From the NCBI GenBank assembly GCA_021161775.1, contig JAGGZY010000016.1, positions 1-55,191 of the forward strand: a stretch of DNA of 55,191 nt, written 5' to 3'. The position numbers and the translations under genes were made by a program. Origin of the DNA: Dehalococcoidales bacterium (GTDB lineage Bacteria > Chloroflexota > Dehalococcoidia > Dehalococcoidales > UBA5760). Position 1 is the stretch's first letter. Every line of letters begins with the position of its first letter. Positions 44,299 through 54,209 of this stretch are shown here, piece after piece. Under the pieces are notes generated by a model that was not told where the DNA came from, searched no databases, and was given only the letters and a program-made list of their open reading frames with translations.

Positions 44299-45585
44299 CT
44301 ATTTCTTCAAATTGCGGAATACACTCATCTCAGCAAAGCAAGCCTGTTTACCTAATTCATCCTCTATCTGAAGCAGGCGGTTATACTTGGCGGTACGCTC
44401 CGAGCGACAGGGAGCCCCGGACTTAATCTGGCCGGTTCCCTGACCTACCGCCAGGTCAGCAATGGTGGTATCTCTGGTCTCCCCGGAGCGATGGCTAACT
44501 ACAGTGTTCCAACCAGCCTGCTTGGCTCGCTGAATAACGGCGATGGTCTCGGTAAGGGTGCCAATCTGGTTGGGTTTAATCAGAATAGCATTAGATGCCC
44601 CAAGACGAATGCCTTTATTGAGACGGTCGATATTGGTGACATAGAGGTCATCACCAACAATTTGAATTTTGTCGCCCAGCTTTTTCATCATCAACTGCCA
44701 GCCGTCCCAGTCATCCTCAGCCATACCGTCCTCAATACTAATGATAGGGTAGTCTGATGCCCAGCTAGCGTAATAATCCACCATCTCCTGAGGGCTTAGG
44801 GAGACCCCTTCTCTAGCCATGATATACTTGCCGTCTTGGTAGAATTCGCTAGCTGCCGGGTCAAGGGCGATAAAGCAGTCCTTCCCTGGCTTATAGCCGG
44901 CTTGTTCTATCGCTATCAGTATCAGCTCTACGGCCTGTCTATTGGAGGCTAATTGCGGGGCAAACCCTCCTTCATCGCCAATATTGGTGTTTAGTTTCCG
45001 CTCATTGAGTACGCGTTTCAGGCAGTGGTAGACCTCAGCGCTTATCTGAAGGGCGTGGTGAAAGTCTCTGGCTCCGGCGGGCATTACCATAAATTCCTGA
45101 AAGTCAGTTGAGCCTGCGGCATGCCGGCCGCCATTCAGGATATTGAGCATTGGCACCGGCATTGTATAGCTATCGACTTTCCCCAGATAACGGTAGAGAG
45201 GCATTTGGAGGAGGTTGGCGGCGGCATGAGCAGTGGCTAGTGAGGCGCCCAGGATAGCGTTAGCCCCCAGTCGGGATTTGTTGGTCGTGCCGTCAAGCTC
45301 AAGCAGGCGGTTATCAATAGCCGTCTGGTCAGTAATTGTCATCCCGATTAGGGCGGGGGCAATCTCCCGGTTAACATTGGCAACGGCTTTAAGCACCCCT
45401 AAGCCATCAAGTCGGGCATTATCCTTGTCTCTCAGCTCAATTGCTTCATGCTTACCGGTGCTAGCTCCTGAGGGAACTGCCGCCCATCCCCGGATATTGC
45501 TATTCAGGGTTATCTCAACCTCAAGGGTGGGATTGCCCCTGGAGTCCAAAATCTCCCGGGCTTTAACCTGTTTAATGGTTGACAT
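44299..45585 (-). CDS. eno: Enolase (phosphopyruvate hydratase)
   Basis: [12 protein letters not shown](L/V)EV, SGASTG, GDDL(Y/F)[11 protein letters not shown](L/V)TE and SHRSGET are all canonical. Confidence 0.92.
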   Translation of the reverse strand: MSTIKQVKAREILDSRGNPTLEVEITLNSNIRGWAAVPSGASTGKHEAIELRDKDNARLDGLGVLKAVANVNREIAPALIGMTITDQTAIDNRLLELDGTTNKSRLGANAILGASLATAHAAANLLQMPLYRYLGKVDSYTMPVPMLNILNGGRHAAGSTDFQEFMVMPAGARDFHHALQISAEVYHCLKRVLNERKLNTNIGDEGGFAPQLASNRQAVELILIAIEQAGYKPGKDCFIALDPAASEFYQDGKYIMAREGVSLSPQEMVDYYASWASDYPIISIEDGMAEDDWDGWQLMMKKLGDKIQIVGDDLYVTNIDRLNKGIRLGASNAILIKPNQIGTLTETIAVIQRAKQAGWNTVVSHRSGETRDTTIADLAVGQGTGQIKSGAPCRSERTAKYNRLLQIEDELGKQACFAEMSVFRNLKK

Positions 45586-45605
45586 TTTCTCCCCCTTGCT
45601 TGAAG

Positions 45606-46100
45606 TTAATTGGTCAGGTTGTCTCTAGCCAGGTCCAGAGCCAGATCTACCGCCTCTGCTGGGTTGGGGGCTTCAATGATGGATTGGTCCGGTTTACCGT
45701 TTCTGGCAATAGACCAAGTGTTTAGTCCTACTACAGGAATGCCGCTTTGCAGGGCATGGCCTATCTCAGTGAGGGTGCCGTAACTGCCACCAATAGCAAT
45801 AACCACTTGAGACGATTTAACCACAATCACATTTCTGGCGTAGCCGATACCGGTAACGATGGGAATTTGAACATAGGGGTTAGCTGCCTTGCTGTTATTC
45901 CCGGGGAGGATACCGATGGTGGTGCCTCCGGCATCGCTAGCTCCCTTACAGACAGCTTCCATTACCCCTCCCAAGCCGCCACACACCAGAATGGCTCCCT
46001 GCTCGGCTAACCGACGCCCTACCTCCTGAGCTACCTTAGCTTCCCCGGGGGTAGGTTGATTACCGCCAATAACGGCGATAACTGGCTTTTGTTCTATCAC
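45606..46100 (-). CDS. TIGR00725/LOG-like (SLOG) family protein
   Basis: IAVIGG...[30 protein letters not shown]...[10 protein letters not shown]...[10 protein letters not shown] is the pattern of the Rossmann-like LOG/DprA-type fold. Confidence 0.7.
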   Translation of the reverse strand: MIEQKPVIAVIGGNQPTPGEAKVAQEVGRRLAEQGAILVCGGLGGVMEAVCKGASDAGGTTIGILPGNNSKAANPYVQIPIVTGIGYARNVIVVKSSQVVIAIGGSYGTLTEIGHALQSGIPVVGLNTWSIARNGKPDQSIIEAPNPAEAVDLALDLARDNLTN

Positions 46101-46234
46101 GCTACGAATCTCTTACTCTAGATAGGTATTACCTCCAGAGATTATATCACCCCGAGGTAGACTCGGCAATATCGGCTCTTGTTCAGCTTGCGGTGGCTTG
46201 CTATAATGAGGTGAATCTAGCAAGGCTTAGGGTA

Positions 46235-47365
46235 GTGATTAAGGTTAAGGATTCAATTTATCACCGAATAGTGATTAAGTTCGGCACCAGTTTGCTTACT
46301 GGTGGTAGTAAGCGTCTTAATCCCTACATAATGTCGAGCCTGGTAGCTCAGGTAGCCAAGCTACAGAAGCAGGGTCGGGAGGTTATTGTGGTTTCCTCGG
46401 GGGCGATTACCCTGGGCCGACATCAGCTGAGGTTGTCCCGAAAAATTAAGGGTATTCCCTATAGGCAGGTGCTGGCATCAATAGGCCAAAGCCGCCTGAT
46501 GCGTGCCTATAACCAGCTGTTCAGCGAGTATCATATTACCGTGGCTCAGGCGTTACTGGCGAAGGCTGACCTTGCTGACCGTGCCAGTTATCTCAATGCC
46601 CGTAATACCCTGCTGGCATTGCTGGAGCTTCGGGTGTTGTGTATCGTTAACGAGAACGATGTGGTGGCGGTGGATGAGATTAAACAGGCTAACTTTGGTG
46701 ATAATGATAACCTGTCGGCGATGGTGGCTAATCTGGTTGATGCTGACCTATTATTAATCCTGACGGATGTTGATGGCTTGTATACTGCTGACCCCCGCCA
46801 GCATCCTGATGCTGAGCTTATTCCTGAGGTAACGAGGATAGATTCCCGAATCAGGCGTCTGGCATCAGGCACCTCGGGTAAACTGGGTATCGGGGGGATG
46901 ATTACCAAGATAGAGGCGGCAAAATTGGCAACCGCTTCGGGGATAACGATGATTATCGCTAATGGCTTAAAACCGGATACCATCCTTAAGGTGGCTGACG
47001 GCGAGGCGGTAGGCACTCGTTTCCTACCGGCTACCAGTAAGTTGGAGAGTCGCCAGCGCTGGATGCTCAGCGGTCTTTCTACCAAGGGTAAGCTGGTGGT
47101 GGATTCGGGGGCAGTAATGGCGCTAAAGAAACAGCAGGGTAGCCTGCTAGCGGCGGGTATTGAACAGATTGAGGGCAAATTCCGACGGGGTGATATTGTT
47201 AATATCTGTGACACTGAGGGGACCCGTCTCGGTTGTGGTATTACTAATTATAGCTCAGCTGATATTGATATCATTAAGGGAGAGAAGTCGGGAAAGATTG
47301 CGGTGCTGCTGGGTCATGATTACGGCTCAGAGGTAGTTCACCGCAATAATCTGGTTATCCTTTAG
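46235..47365 (+). CDS. proB: Glutamate 5-kinase (with PUA domain)
   Basis: IVIKFGTSLLTGG, VVSSGAI, NENDVV and FGDND(N/T)LSA motifs are present, plus a C-terminal PUA domain. GTG 46235 is preferred over the track start 46193, because TATAAT at 46202-46207 would sit inside the longer ORF. Confidence 0.88.
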   Translation: MIKVKDSIYHRIVIKFGTSLLTGGSKRLNPYIMSSLVAQVAKLQKQGREVIVVSSGAITLGRHQLRLSRKIKGIPYRQVLASIGQSRLMRAYNQLFSEYHITVAQALLAKADLADRASYLNARNTLLALLELRVLCIVNENDVVAVDEIKQANFGDNDNLSAMVANLVDADLLLILTDVDGLYTADPRQHPDAELIPEVTRIDSRIRRLASGTSGKLGIGGMITKIEAAKLATASGITMIIANGLKPDTILKVADGEAVGTRFLPATSKLESRQRWMLSGLSTKGKLVVDSGAVMALKKQQGSLLAAGIEQIEGKFRRGDIVNICDTEGTRLGCGITNYSSADIDIIKGEKSGKIAVLLGHDYGSEVVHRNNLVIL

Positions 47366-47380
47366 AAAGAGAGGTTTAAG

Positions 47381-47647
47381 GTGGCTACGGGCAAACTCTA
47401 TAAGGCTGATGGTGAGGAATTTCTGGTCGAGGTTAATTACCAGCTACTTAATAGCTCAGCGACTGACTGGTGGGGGGAGCTAGTGCCTACCGAATACCGG
47501 CGGATGGCTGATGGTGATGGCTATATACTGGAGTTTGAGGACGGACGCCGTGGCCGCTGTGTGCTTAGGAAGAGGGTTAATCGGGCGGTTAGTGGTCCCC
47601 CTCCCCTCTATCATTACCAGTTTCGGGGCTGTGGCCAGCTTAAATAA
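47381..47647 (+). CDS. Hypothetical protein (88 aa)
   Basis: GTG start after an AGAGAGG RBS, 13 nt (47366-47380 is 15 nt) downstream of the proB stop. No family was confidently recognised. A weak resemblance to DUF4873-type small beta proteins is only an impression. Confidence 0.5.
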   Translation: MATGKLYKADGEEFLVEVNYQLLNSSATDWWGELVPTEYRRMADGDGYILEFEDGRRGRCVLRKRVNRAVSGPPPLYHYQFRGCGQLK

Positions 47648-47670
47648 AGGCATTAAGGTAGCTAACTGGA

Positions 47671-49176
47671 ATGAATGAGTTGAAAACCAATGTTCTTTAC
47701 TTCGGGGATAATCTAGAGATACTGCGGAATCATATTCCCGATAACTCTATTGACCTTATCTATCTTGACCCGCCGTTTAACAGCAAAAAGGATTATAACA
47801 TCCTGTTTAAGGAAAGCAGTGGCGTTGAGTCTGAAGCCCAGATAAAAGCCTTTACCGATACCTGGCACTGGACCCAGATTGCCGAAGACATCTACCACGA
47901 CATTGTGGTTAATGGGCCATTAAAGGTAGGCAAACTGATTGGCGCTCTTCATGATGCCATCGGCAATAATGATGTGATGGCATATCTGGTGATGATGACG
48001 GCAAGGCTGATAGAGCTACATCGAGTTTTAAAATCCACCGGCTCTCTGTATCTTCACTGCGACCCGACCGCCAGCCACTATCTAAAGCTGGTATTAGACC
48101 AGATATTTGGCCCAGCCAATTTCAGGCGAGAGATAATTTGGTCAATGGAAACGTCCTCTGGTTTTAAATCTCAAGCTAATATGTGGATACGAGGGCATGA
48201 CACGATTCTTATGTATAAAAAGGGAAAGAATTACAATTTCTACAGGCAATTCCTACCGTTAGACGAAAGAACAGTAAGACGATACGATAAAGTGGATGAT
48301 GAAGGCAGACGATATAAAATTTATTATGAACGAGGCAAAGAGCCAAGAATAGTTTATCTCGACAAATCGAAGGGTCGTCCAGTAACAGACGTTTGGACTG
48401 ATATAATCAGTTTTCAAACAGTTAATAGAGGCCCTGAATATCTTGGCTATCCTACCCAGAAGCCCCTTGCTTTGTTGGAGCGTATTATTCAAGCCAGCTC
48501 AAATGAAGGAGATATTGTCCTTGACCCCTTCTGTGGCTGTGGCACGGCGGTTGTCGCTGCTCAAAAGCTAAATAGACGCTGGGTAGGCATTGATATTACC
48601 CATTTAGCCATAAACCTGATGCGTAACCGCCTCAAGGATAGCTTTGGCATTAAAGCGGAGGTTATCGGCGAGCCAAAGGATTTAGCGGGGGCTAAGTCTC
48701 TGGCTTTGGAAAAGCCCGATGGACGTTATCAGTTCCAATATTGGTCGCTGGGTTTGATTGGAGCCAGACCCCTCGGCGAGAAAAAGAAGGGCGCTGATAA
48801 GGGCATTGACGGCGTCATTCAGTTTATAGATGGGGCTGGCGGTAAGCCAAAGCGGGTGATAGTTCAGGTAAAGAGTGGACATGTTGGGGCAAACGCTATT
48901 CGGGAACTCAAGGCAGTAGCCGCCAGTGAGGCTATGGGTGTCTTTATCACCCTTGAGCCGCCGACAGGCCCGATGAAGGTAGAGGCAGTTGATGCTGGTT
49001 ATTATCATTCCCCAGTCTATAACAAGGACTATCCTAAAATACAAATACTGACTATAGAGGAGCTATTTGCTGGCAAGATGGTTGATATGCCACCGCAAGC
49101 TCAGACCAATGTAACCTTTGCCAAAGCACCAAAGATTTCCAAAAAAGAAGGGGAGCAGCTTTCTACAGGGATATAG
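47671..49176 (+). CDS. Beta-class DNA methyltransferase (DPPF; probably N6-adenine) fused to a C-terminal Mrr-like PD-(D/E)xK nuclease-fold domain
   Basis: Motif IV (IDLIYLDPPFNS) comes near the N-terminus and motif I (VLDPFCGCGTAVVAAQKL) later, which is the beta-class order. The C-terminal ~140 aa carries GADKGIDGVIQF...RVIVQVKSGHVGANAIRELKAV, the Mrr_cat-type D...(Q/E)xK core. Confidence 0.85.
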   Translation: MNELKTNVLYFGDNLEILRNHIPDNSIDLIYLDPPFNSKKDYNILFKESSGVESEAQIKAFTDTWHWTQIAEDIYHDIVVNGPLKVGKLIGALHDAIGNNDVMAYLVMMTARLIELHRVLKSTGSLYLHCDPTASHYLKLVLDQIFGPANFRREIIWSMETSSGFKSQANMWIRGHDTILMYKKGKNYNFYRQFLPLDERTVRRYDKVDDEGRRYKIYYERGKEPRIVYLDKSKGRPVTDVWTDIISFQTVNRGPEYLGYPTQKPLALLERIIQASSNEGDIVLDPFCGCGTAVVAAQKLNRRWVGIDITHLAINLMRNRLKDSFGIKAEVIGEPKDLAGAKSLALEKPDGRYQFQYWSLGLIGARPLGEKKKGADKGIDGVIQFIDGAGGKPKRVIVQVKSGHVGANAIRELKAVAASEAMGVFITLEPPTGPMKVEAVDAGYYHSPVYNKDYPKIQILTIEELFAGKMVDMPPQAQTNVTFAKAPKISKKEGEQLSTGI

Positions 49177-49243
49177 GCTTTATATCAAGTTTTGGGTGTT
49201 TATGGTAAAACTTAAATTATGATGTCTAAATGAGGAGGATGAT

Positions 49244-49576
49244 ATGATTAATGATGTATTATCAATACTCAAAATAATCGATCGTGTATTAGAAAAACGA
49301 AAGGCGAGTACCGAACAAAGGAATAGGGATAAGGTTTTAGTTTCCATCTATAAATTGGGCAGTGATGGGGGAAAAGCAGTCAGCCCCAGTGACTTGGAGA
49401 AGTGTGGATTTTTGAAGAAGCAAATTTTTGGTGCCATTGAGGCAGTGAAAAGTCAAGATTGGATTAATGATGTATCCAGCCATGATGGCGTAGGTTGGAT
49501 GTTGAAGCGTAATGCGATTTATTACGTTGAGGGATTACTGGAGAGCAAAGAGGCTAAAAAGTATCGTAATAGTTAA
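49244..49576 (+). CDS. Hypothetical protein (110 aa), AT-rich gene
   Basis: A strong GGAGG RBS lies 6 nt upstream of the ATG. By eye, the composition is visibly more AT-rich than proA/proB. No family was recognised; a wHTH is possible. Confidence 0.5.
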   Translation: MINDVLSILKIIDRVLEKRKASTEQRNRDKVLVSIYKLGSDGGKAVSPSDLEKCGFLKKQIFGAIEAVKSQDWINDVSSHDGVGWMLKRNAIYYVEGLLESKEAKKYRNS

Positions 49577-49630
49577 TATAAAAGCGGGAGTAAAAGTGGT
49601 GCGAAGCCCCTGGGGAAAATCCCCCTGAGT

Positions 49631-49674
49631 CCCCCTTTGTAAAGGGGGAAACCTCTCCCTTTAAGAAAGGGAGA
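49631..49674 (+). terminator. Two adjacent perfect hairpins (putative terminator or insulator at the end of the proB-proA insert)
   Basis: The first hairpin, CCCCCTTT-GT-AAAGGGGG, spans 49631-49648. The second, TCTCCCTTT-AAG-AAAGGGAGA, spans 49654-49674. No clear U-tract follows, so the terminator function is uncertain. Confidence 0.35.
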
Positions 49675-49735
49675 ACGAGAGGGATTTTGATAAGGATTAA
49701 GGGGATAGGATTACCTTATAAAAAGGAGTCGGGCG

Positions 49736-51010
49736 ATGAAATCAGCGGTTGAAGAATTAAAGGCTAAGGGAAAAGCGGCGAAAGCGGCGTCTCGTAAGAT
49801 GGCTTATCTGCCTACCGAGGTCAAAAATAATGCCTTGCGTAATATTGCCGGCGACCTGCTGGCTAAAAAGGACGACATACTAGCTGCCAATCGGATTGAC
49901 CGTCAAGAGGCTGAGGCATCGGGGATGGGGACAGCAATGCTTGACCGTTTGCTCCTCTCCCCGGAGCGTCTTGAGGCTATTGCTCAGGATGTACTGGCAG
50001 TGGCGGCACTCCCCGACCCGGTGGGGGAGGTATTTGATATGCGCACCCTACCCAATGGGTTACAACTCGGCAGGAAACGGGTCCCCTTAGGGGTAATCGG
50101 GGCTATCTATGAGAGCCGACCCAATGTTACTGTGGATATCTCAGCACTGTGTCTGAAGTCGGGTAATGCTATTATCCTGAGGGGGGGCAAGGAGGCGATT
50201 CACTCAAGTTATGCTCTGGCTAAGGTCGTCCAAGCGGCGGCTACCCGAGCCGGGGTTCCTGATGGTGCGGTGCAGTTTGTGGAGAATACCGACCGTGCCT
50301 TGGTGGGTCACCTGCTTAAAATGAATGATGTTATTGACCTCGTTATCCCTCGTGGTGGTGCCGGACTGATTAAATTGGTTAAGGAAAATGCCGTTATGCC
50401 GGTGGTTAGCGGCGGTATTGGGGTTTGTCATACCTATGTAGACAAGAGCGCCGATGTGGCTAAGGCGGTGGCTATTGCCTACAATGCCAAGGTACAGCGG
50501 CCCACGGTGTGTAATGCCCTGGATACCCTGCTGGTACATCAAGATATTGCCCAACGCTGCCTGCCGCTGGTGGCTACCGAGTGGGCTAAAGCCGGGGTAG
50601 AGATGCACTGTGATGAGCGCTCGCTAGATATCCTTAAATCAGATTCTTCTTTGAAGCTGGTGGCGGCTACCGATGATGATTGGGGTAAGGAGTTTCTGGC
50701 GCTGGTAGCAGCAATAAAGGTAGTCGATTCGCTGGATGAAGCCCTGGCTTATATTGAGCATTATAGCTCAGGACACTCCGAGGCGATAATTACCGAGGAA
50801 TATGAGCCAGCGATGCGCTTTCTTAATGAGGTAGATGCCGCCTGCGTCTATGTTAATGCTAGCACCCGGTTTACCGATGGCAGTCAGTTTGGTTTGGGGG
50901 CTGAGGTTGGTATTAGCACCCAGAAGTTCCATGCCCGCGGTCCATTAGGGGTAAGGGAATTAACTACCTACAAGTGGATTATCCTGGGCAGTGGGCAGGT
51001 GAGACCCTAG
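49736..51010 (+). CDS. proA: Gamma-glutamyl phosphate reductase
   Basis: The 424-aa aldehyde-dehydrogenase fold carries VPLGVIGAIYESRPNVT, the catalytic Cys region (PTVCNALDTLLVH), and NASTRF(T/A)DG. Confidence 0.9.
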   Translation: MKSAVEELKAKGKAAKAASRKMAYLPTEVKNNALRNIAGDLLAKKDDILAANRIDRQEAEASGMGTAMLDRLLLSPERLEAIAQDVLAVAALPDPVGEVFDMRTLPNGLQLGRKRVPLGVIGAIYESRPNVTVDISALCLKSGNAIILRGGKEAIHSSYALAKVVQAAATRAGVPDGAVQFVENTDRALVGHLLKMNDVIDLVIPRGGAGLIKLVKENAVMPVVSGGIGVCHTYVDKSADVAKAVAIAYNAKVQRPTVCNALDTLLVHQDIAQRCLPLVATEWAKAGVEMHCDERSLDILKSDSSLKLVAATDDDWGKEFLALVAAIKVVDSLDEALAYIEHYSSGHSEAIITEEYEPAMRFLNEVDAACVYVNASTRFTDGSQFGLGAEVGISTQKFHARGPLGVRELTTYKWIILGSGQVRP

Positions 51011-51729
51011 TCCAGTTTGAGGGCGTCCCGCTGAACCTGAAACAGTTGCTTAATACCCTTTTCGGCTAGAGCGAGCAGGGAGTCGCTGGCTTCCTTGGAG
51101 AACGGCTTACCCTCGGCGGTTCCCTGAATCTCAACGAATTCACTCTGATTGGTCATCGCCACATTAAAGTCAACCTCCGCCCCGAAGTCTTCGTCGTAGC
51201 ACAGGTCAAGCATTATGTTATGGTGAACGATGCCAACACTGGTAGCGGCGACTGCCGTCCTTAAGGGTATCGATGATATTATCCCCATATTAGCCAGGGT
51301 TTTTAGGGCAAGGTACAGGGCTACATAGGCGCCGGTAACGGCGGCGGTTCGGGTGCCACCATCAGCTTGAAGTACATCGCAGTCAACGACGATGCTTCTT
51401 TCTCCCAATGCCCTGAGGTCGGTTACGGCGCGTAGCGACCGCCCAATGAGGCGCTGTATCTCCTGATTTCTTCCTGAGATTCTACCCCGTGTAATCTCAC
51501 GCGAGGTGCGGGTAACTGTGGCACGAGGTAGCATCGCGTATTCAGCCGTAACCCAGCCGCTACCCCCACCCCGTAGAAAACCAGGCACCCTTTCCTCAAC
51601 GCTGGCGGAGCATAACACGCGGGTCTTACCCAGTTCGACTAGCGCTGAACCTTCAGCAAAGCTTTGATAGCCGGTGGTTATGCTTATTGGTCTCAGCTCA
51701 TCCCAGGCACGATTATCGGCTCGTTTCAC
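51007..51729 (-). CDS. rph: Ribonuclease PH
   Basis: R.D.R...ELRPI, GWVTAEY.MLPR(A/S)T and DCDVLQADGGTRTA are canonical. Confidence 0.9.
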   Translation of the reverse strand: MKRADNRAWDELRPISITTGYQSFAEGSALVELGKTRVLCSASVEERVPGFLRGGGSGWVTAEYAMLPRATVTRTSREITRGRISGRNQEIQRLIGRSLRAVTDLRALGERSIVVDCDVLQADGGTRTAAVTGAYVALYLALKTLANMGIISSIPLRTAVAATSVGIVHHNIMLDLCYDEDFGAEVDFNVAMTNQSEFVEIQGTAEGKPFSKEASDSLLALAEKGIKQLFQVQRDALKLD

Positions 51730-51869
51730 TACTTTTCCTTTCTTTAAGTCGTCTTTTATGTGTCTGAGTATAACATTGATAGTTCAATATCGCCAGTTAG
51801 CCCCCTCGGTTAATTAGATACCCCGAAGTTATGCTTTTTATAGTATTATTGGTTATACTTAAGGGTGGT

Positions 51870-52559
51870 ATGATTAAAGCGGTATTTTTTGATTGGTCCT
51901 ATACGCTGGTTTATTCTAAGCCGAGCCCACAAGGGGTATATGGCGGGGTCTATCAGAAGTTTGGGGTTGAGCTTGACCCGCAGCTTATAATGAAGGGCTT
52001 GGCTCTGGCGGAGAAACAACTGGCGGATGGCAATCCGGTTAAGTGGCGCAAGTCTGCCGATGAAGAGGTATTTATCCGTTATCAGGAGATACTGCTGGCG
52101 GAGTGGGGGGTTACCCTTCCCCGGGATATACTTTCTCAGGTCATCAGGAACTTAAAGAAGGCGGCTGACGAGATAACCGTTGTTCTCTATGATGATACCC
52201 TGCCCACCTTAAGGGCGCTGGAAAAGCGGGGTTTAACCCTCGGTCTAATTACCAATATGGAGCGGGGAATGAACTTTAACTACCGGGAGCTGGGGTTAGC
52301 CACTTATCTTAAGGTGGTGGTTACCTCAGACGAGGCGGGAGCCAATAAGCCTAAGCCTCCTATCTTTCTTCTGGCATTAAAGAAGGCAGCCGTAAAGCCT
52401 GCGGAGGCTATCTATGTTGGCGATCAGTATGGTACTGATATTCTCGGGGCAAAGGGGGCAGGCATTAACCCTATTCTGCTCGACCGGGGTAATCTATTCC
52501 CTGAGGTCAGTGATTGCCCGCGGATTGAGCGTCTTAGCGAGGTGGTGGATTATGTATAG
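51870..52559 (+). CDS. HAD-superfamily hydrolase (subfamily IA)
   Basis: From ATG 51870: MIKAVFFDWSYTLV carries motif I, with W in place of the second Asp. GLITN is motif II and YVGDQYGTDILGA is motif IV. Confidence 0.75.
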   Translation: MIKAVFFDWSYTLVYSKPSPQGVYGGVYQKFGVELDPQLIMKGLALAEKQLADGNPVKWRKSADEEVFIRYQEILLAEWGVTLPRDILSQVIRNLKKAADEITVVLYDDTLPTLRALEKRGLTLGLITNMERGMNFNYRELGLATYLKVVVTSDEAGANKPKPPIFLLALKKAAVKPAEAIYVGDQYGTDILGAKGAGINPILLDRGNLFPEVSDCPRIERLSEVVDYV

Positions 52560-52589
52560 TCGGTAAGTCTGTTTAGGGGAAGGCACTGA

Positions 52590-53078
52590 CTATTTCAGGC
52601 TAAGCAGATACTCTTTTAGCCAGCTTAGGGTAGCCTTGGCGGCATCCCATTTATTCTGCTCCCGGTTGCCCGAAAAGCGGTGTTCTTGGCTATCGGTAGC
52701 CCCTTTGTAGGCTCGCCCGATATAGAATAATCCGAGGGGTTTCCCCGGGCTGGCGCCACCGGGCCCAGCAATACCGGTATCGGACAGGCAGATATCAACA
52801 TTAAGGAATTTCCTCCCCCCCTCAGCCATTTCCTCAGCTACCTGCGGACTTACGACACCATAGCGACTGATGGTTTCCGGTTTTACCCCCACCTTGAGCT
52901 TAACCTCGTTGCTATAGGTAATGATTGACCCCTTATGATAATCAGAGCTACCGGGGATATTGGTTATGAGGTGGGATATTAGCCCCCCGGTGGCTGATTC
53001 TACCACCCCTAGGGTCAGTCCCTGCTGGCGAAGTAGTTCCCCTACCTCCCTGGCGAGGTTAGTATTAGTTTGAGGCAA
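52590..53078 (-). CDS. pncC: CinA C-terminal-domain protein / nicotinamide-nucleotide amidohydrolase PncC
   Basis: TLGVVESATGGLISHLITNIPGSS..., TGIAGPGG and LFYIG are typical of the CinA_C domain. Confidence 0.8.
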   Translation of the reverse strand: MPQTNTNLAREVGELLRQQGLTLGVVESATGGLISHLITNIPGSSDYHKGSIITYSNEVKLKVGVKPETISRYGVVSPQVAEEMAEGGRKFLNVDICLSDTGIAGPGGASPGKPLGLFYIGRAYKGATDSQEHRFSGNREQNKWDAAKATLSWLKEYLLSLK

Positions 53079-53359
53079 ATCAATCCTCCCTGATATTATT
53101 TTTCTTTAGGCTTTACTGCTGGAGATTGCCACGCCTTCGGCTCGCAACGGCAAGGAAGAGCGGTTCGTAATGACGATGGTAAAGAAGAGCGGTTCGCAAC
53201 GATAAAATAGAACAACAACGCGTCACTAATCATTTTCTCTTCAGGATATAGACTATTGATTAATTTTGTGCTATTATCTAGCCACTTCTAGTATAGAGTA
53301 ACCCGAGGGGTAAAATAAAGCCAGGGTTTAACCGATGGGTTAATAAAAAGGAGGATAAA

Positions 53360-53548
53360 ATGGCAGTAGCAGCGATAGTTTTTGGTATTCTGGGTGGTGC
53401 TAGTGCTGTGCTGGGAGGTCTCATTGCGGGAGGGGTAGCTCCCCTGCTCAAGCCAATGCTTACCTCTAATTTCTTCTTTATCATGGCTGGCATCCTGCTC
53501 CTGGTCTGTATTGCCTTTAATACCGGTCGCAGTAAAGGCGAGTATTAG
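53360..53548 (+). CDS. Small membrane protein (62 aa, two predicted TM helices)
   Basis: The AAGGAGG RBS lies 5 nt upstream of the ATG. The protein has Gly/Ala-rich hydrophobic helices. The antisense track ORF 53278..53493 is taken as its shadow. Confidence 0.5.
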   Translation: MAVAAIVFGILGGASAVLGGLIAGGVAPLLKPMLTSNFFFIMAGILLLVCIAFNTGRSKGEY

Positions 53549-53563
53549 CCGCTAACCGCTATT

Positions 53564-53851
53564 TTGGAAAATAAGGCAAAAGTCTCGTTACGGGTTTACC
53601 CTAATGCTTCCCGAAACGAGGTAGTCGGCTTAGCCGGCGAGGTGTGGCGGGTAAGGGTAGCTGCCCCCCCAGTTAAAGGTAAGGCTAATCGGGAGCTATT
53701 GGCTTTTTTGAGTAAGTGTCTGGGGGTTCCCAGGGGGGCGTTAGCTCTGGTTAGGGGTCAGACCAGCCGTAACAAGGTTATTGCGGTGGCGGGCTTGAGC
53801 CATGAGGAATTATTTGAGCGTCTCCGCCGGATTAGCCAAGGGGGGCAGTAA
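53564..53851 (+). CDS. DUF167 (YggU) family protein
   Basis: V.V.P.A.RNEV.G......VRV.APP..GKAN..L..FL.K.LGV is the family pattern. The start is TTG. Confidence 0.8.
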   Translation: MENKAKVSLRVYPNASRNEVVGLAGEVWRVRVAAPPVKGKANRELLAFLSKCLGVPRGALALVRGQTSRNKVIAVAGLSHEELFERLRRISQGGQ

Positions 53852-53903
53852 CTATATGGTTACTTTTTCGTTACTATATTATAGAGAAGCAAGAGATTAA
53901 GTG

Positions 53904-53931
53904 TTGACAAACGGATATTTTGTGTTATATT
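53904..53931 (+). promoter_or_regulatory. Sigma-70-like promoter (TTGACA-N16-TATATT) upstream of the surface-protein gene
   Basis: TTGACA lies at 53904-53909 and TATATT at 53926-53931. Confidence 0.4.
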
Positions 53932-53963
53932 AACTACATAGTAATGTGTCTGTTGACAAGTTG

Positions 53964-53972
53964 TGGTATAAT
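53964..53972 (+). promoter_or_regulatory. Extended -10 element (TGgTATAAT), second candidate promoter
   Basis: TGGTATAAT lies at 53964-53972. The nearby TTGACA (53953-53958) is only 8 nt away, so it cannot be this element's -35. Confidence 0.3.
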
Positions 53973-54209
53973 TTCAGTAAGTAAATAGGAAGGGGGTGGT
54001 AATATGGGGGAGTCCCTGAGGGATGTAGAATAACTTCTTGCCTGATAACTCTTGGCAGTTTATCCCGAAGGGAAGCGCTCAGCGTGAGCTAATCGAGGAA
54101 ATTTAGTAATTAACCTTATCTCCACCGTGAAGAGAGACTTGAGGTTGGGTTGTGGTGTTGGTGGAGGGTTAAGGATGAATCCTTTAAAGGAGGATAAATT
54201 TAAGGTCGA

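Noticed and set aside
53953-53958. A second perfect TTGACA as the -35 of the TATAAT at 53967-53972.
   Set aside because: The spacer would be only 8 nt, which is incompatible with sigma-70 geometry. The TATAAT was kept only as an extended -10 candidate.
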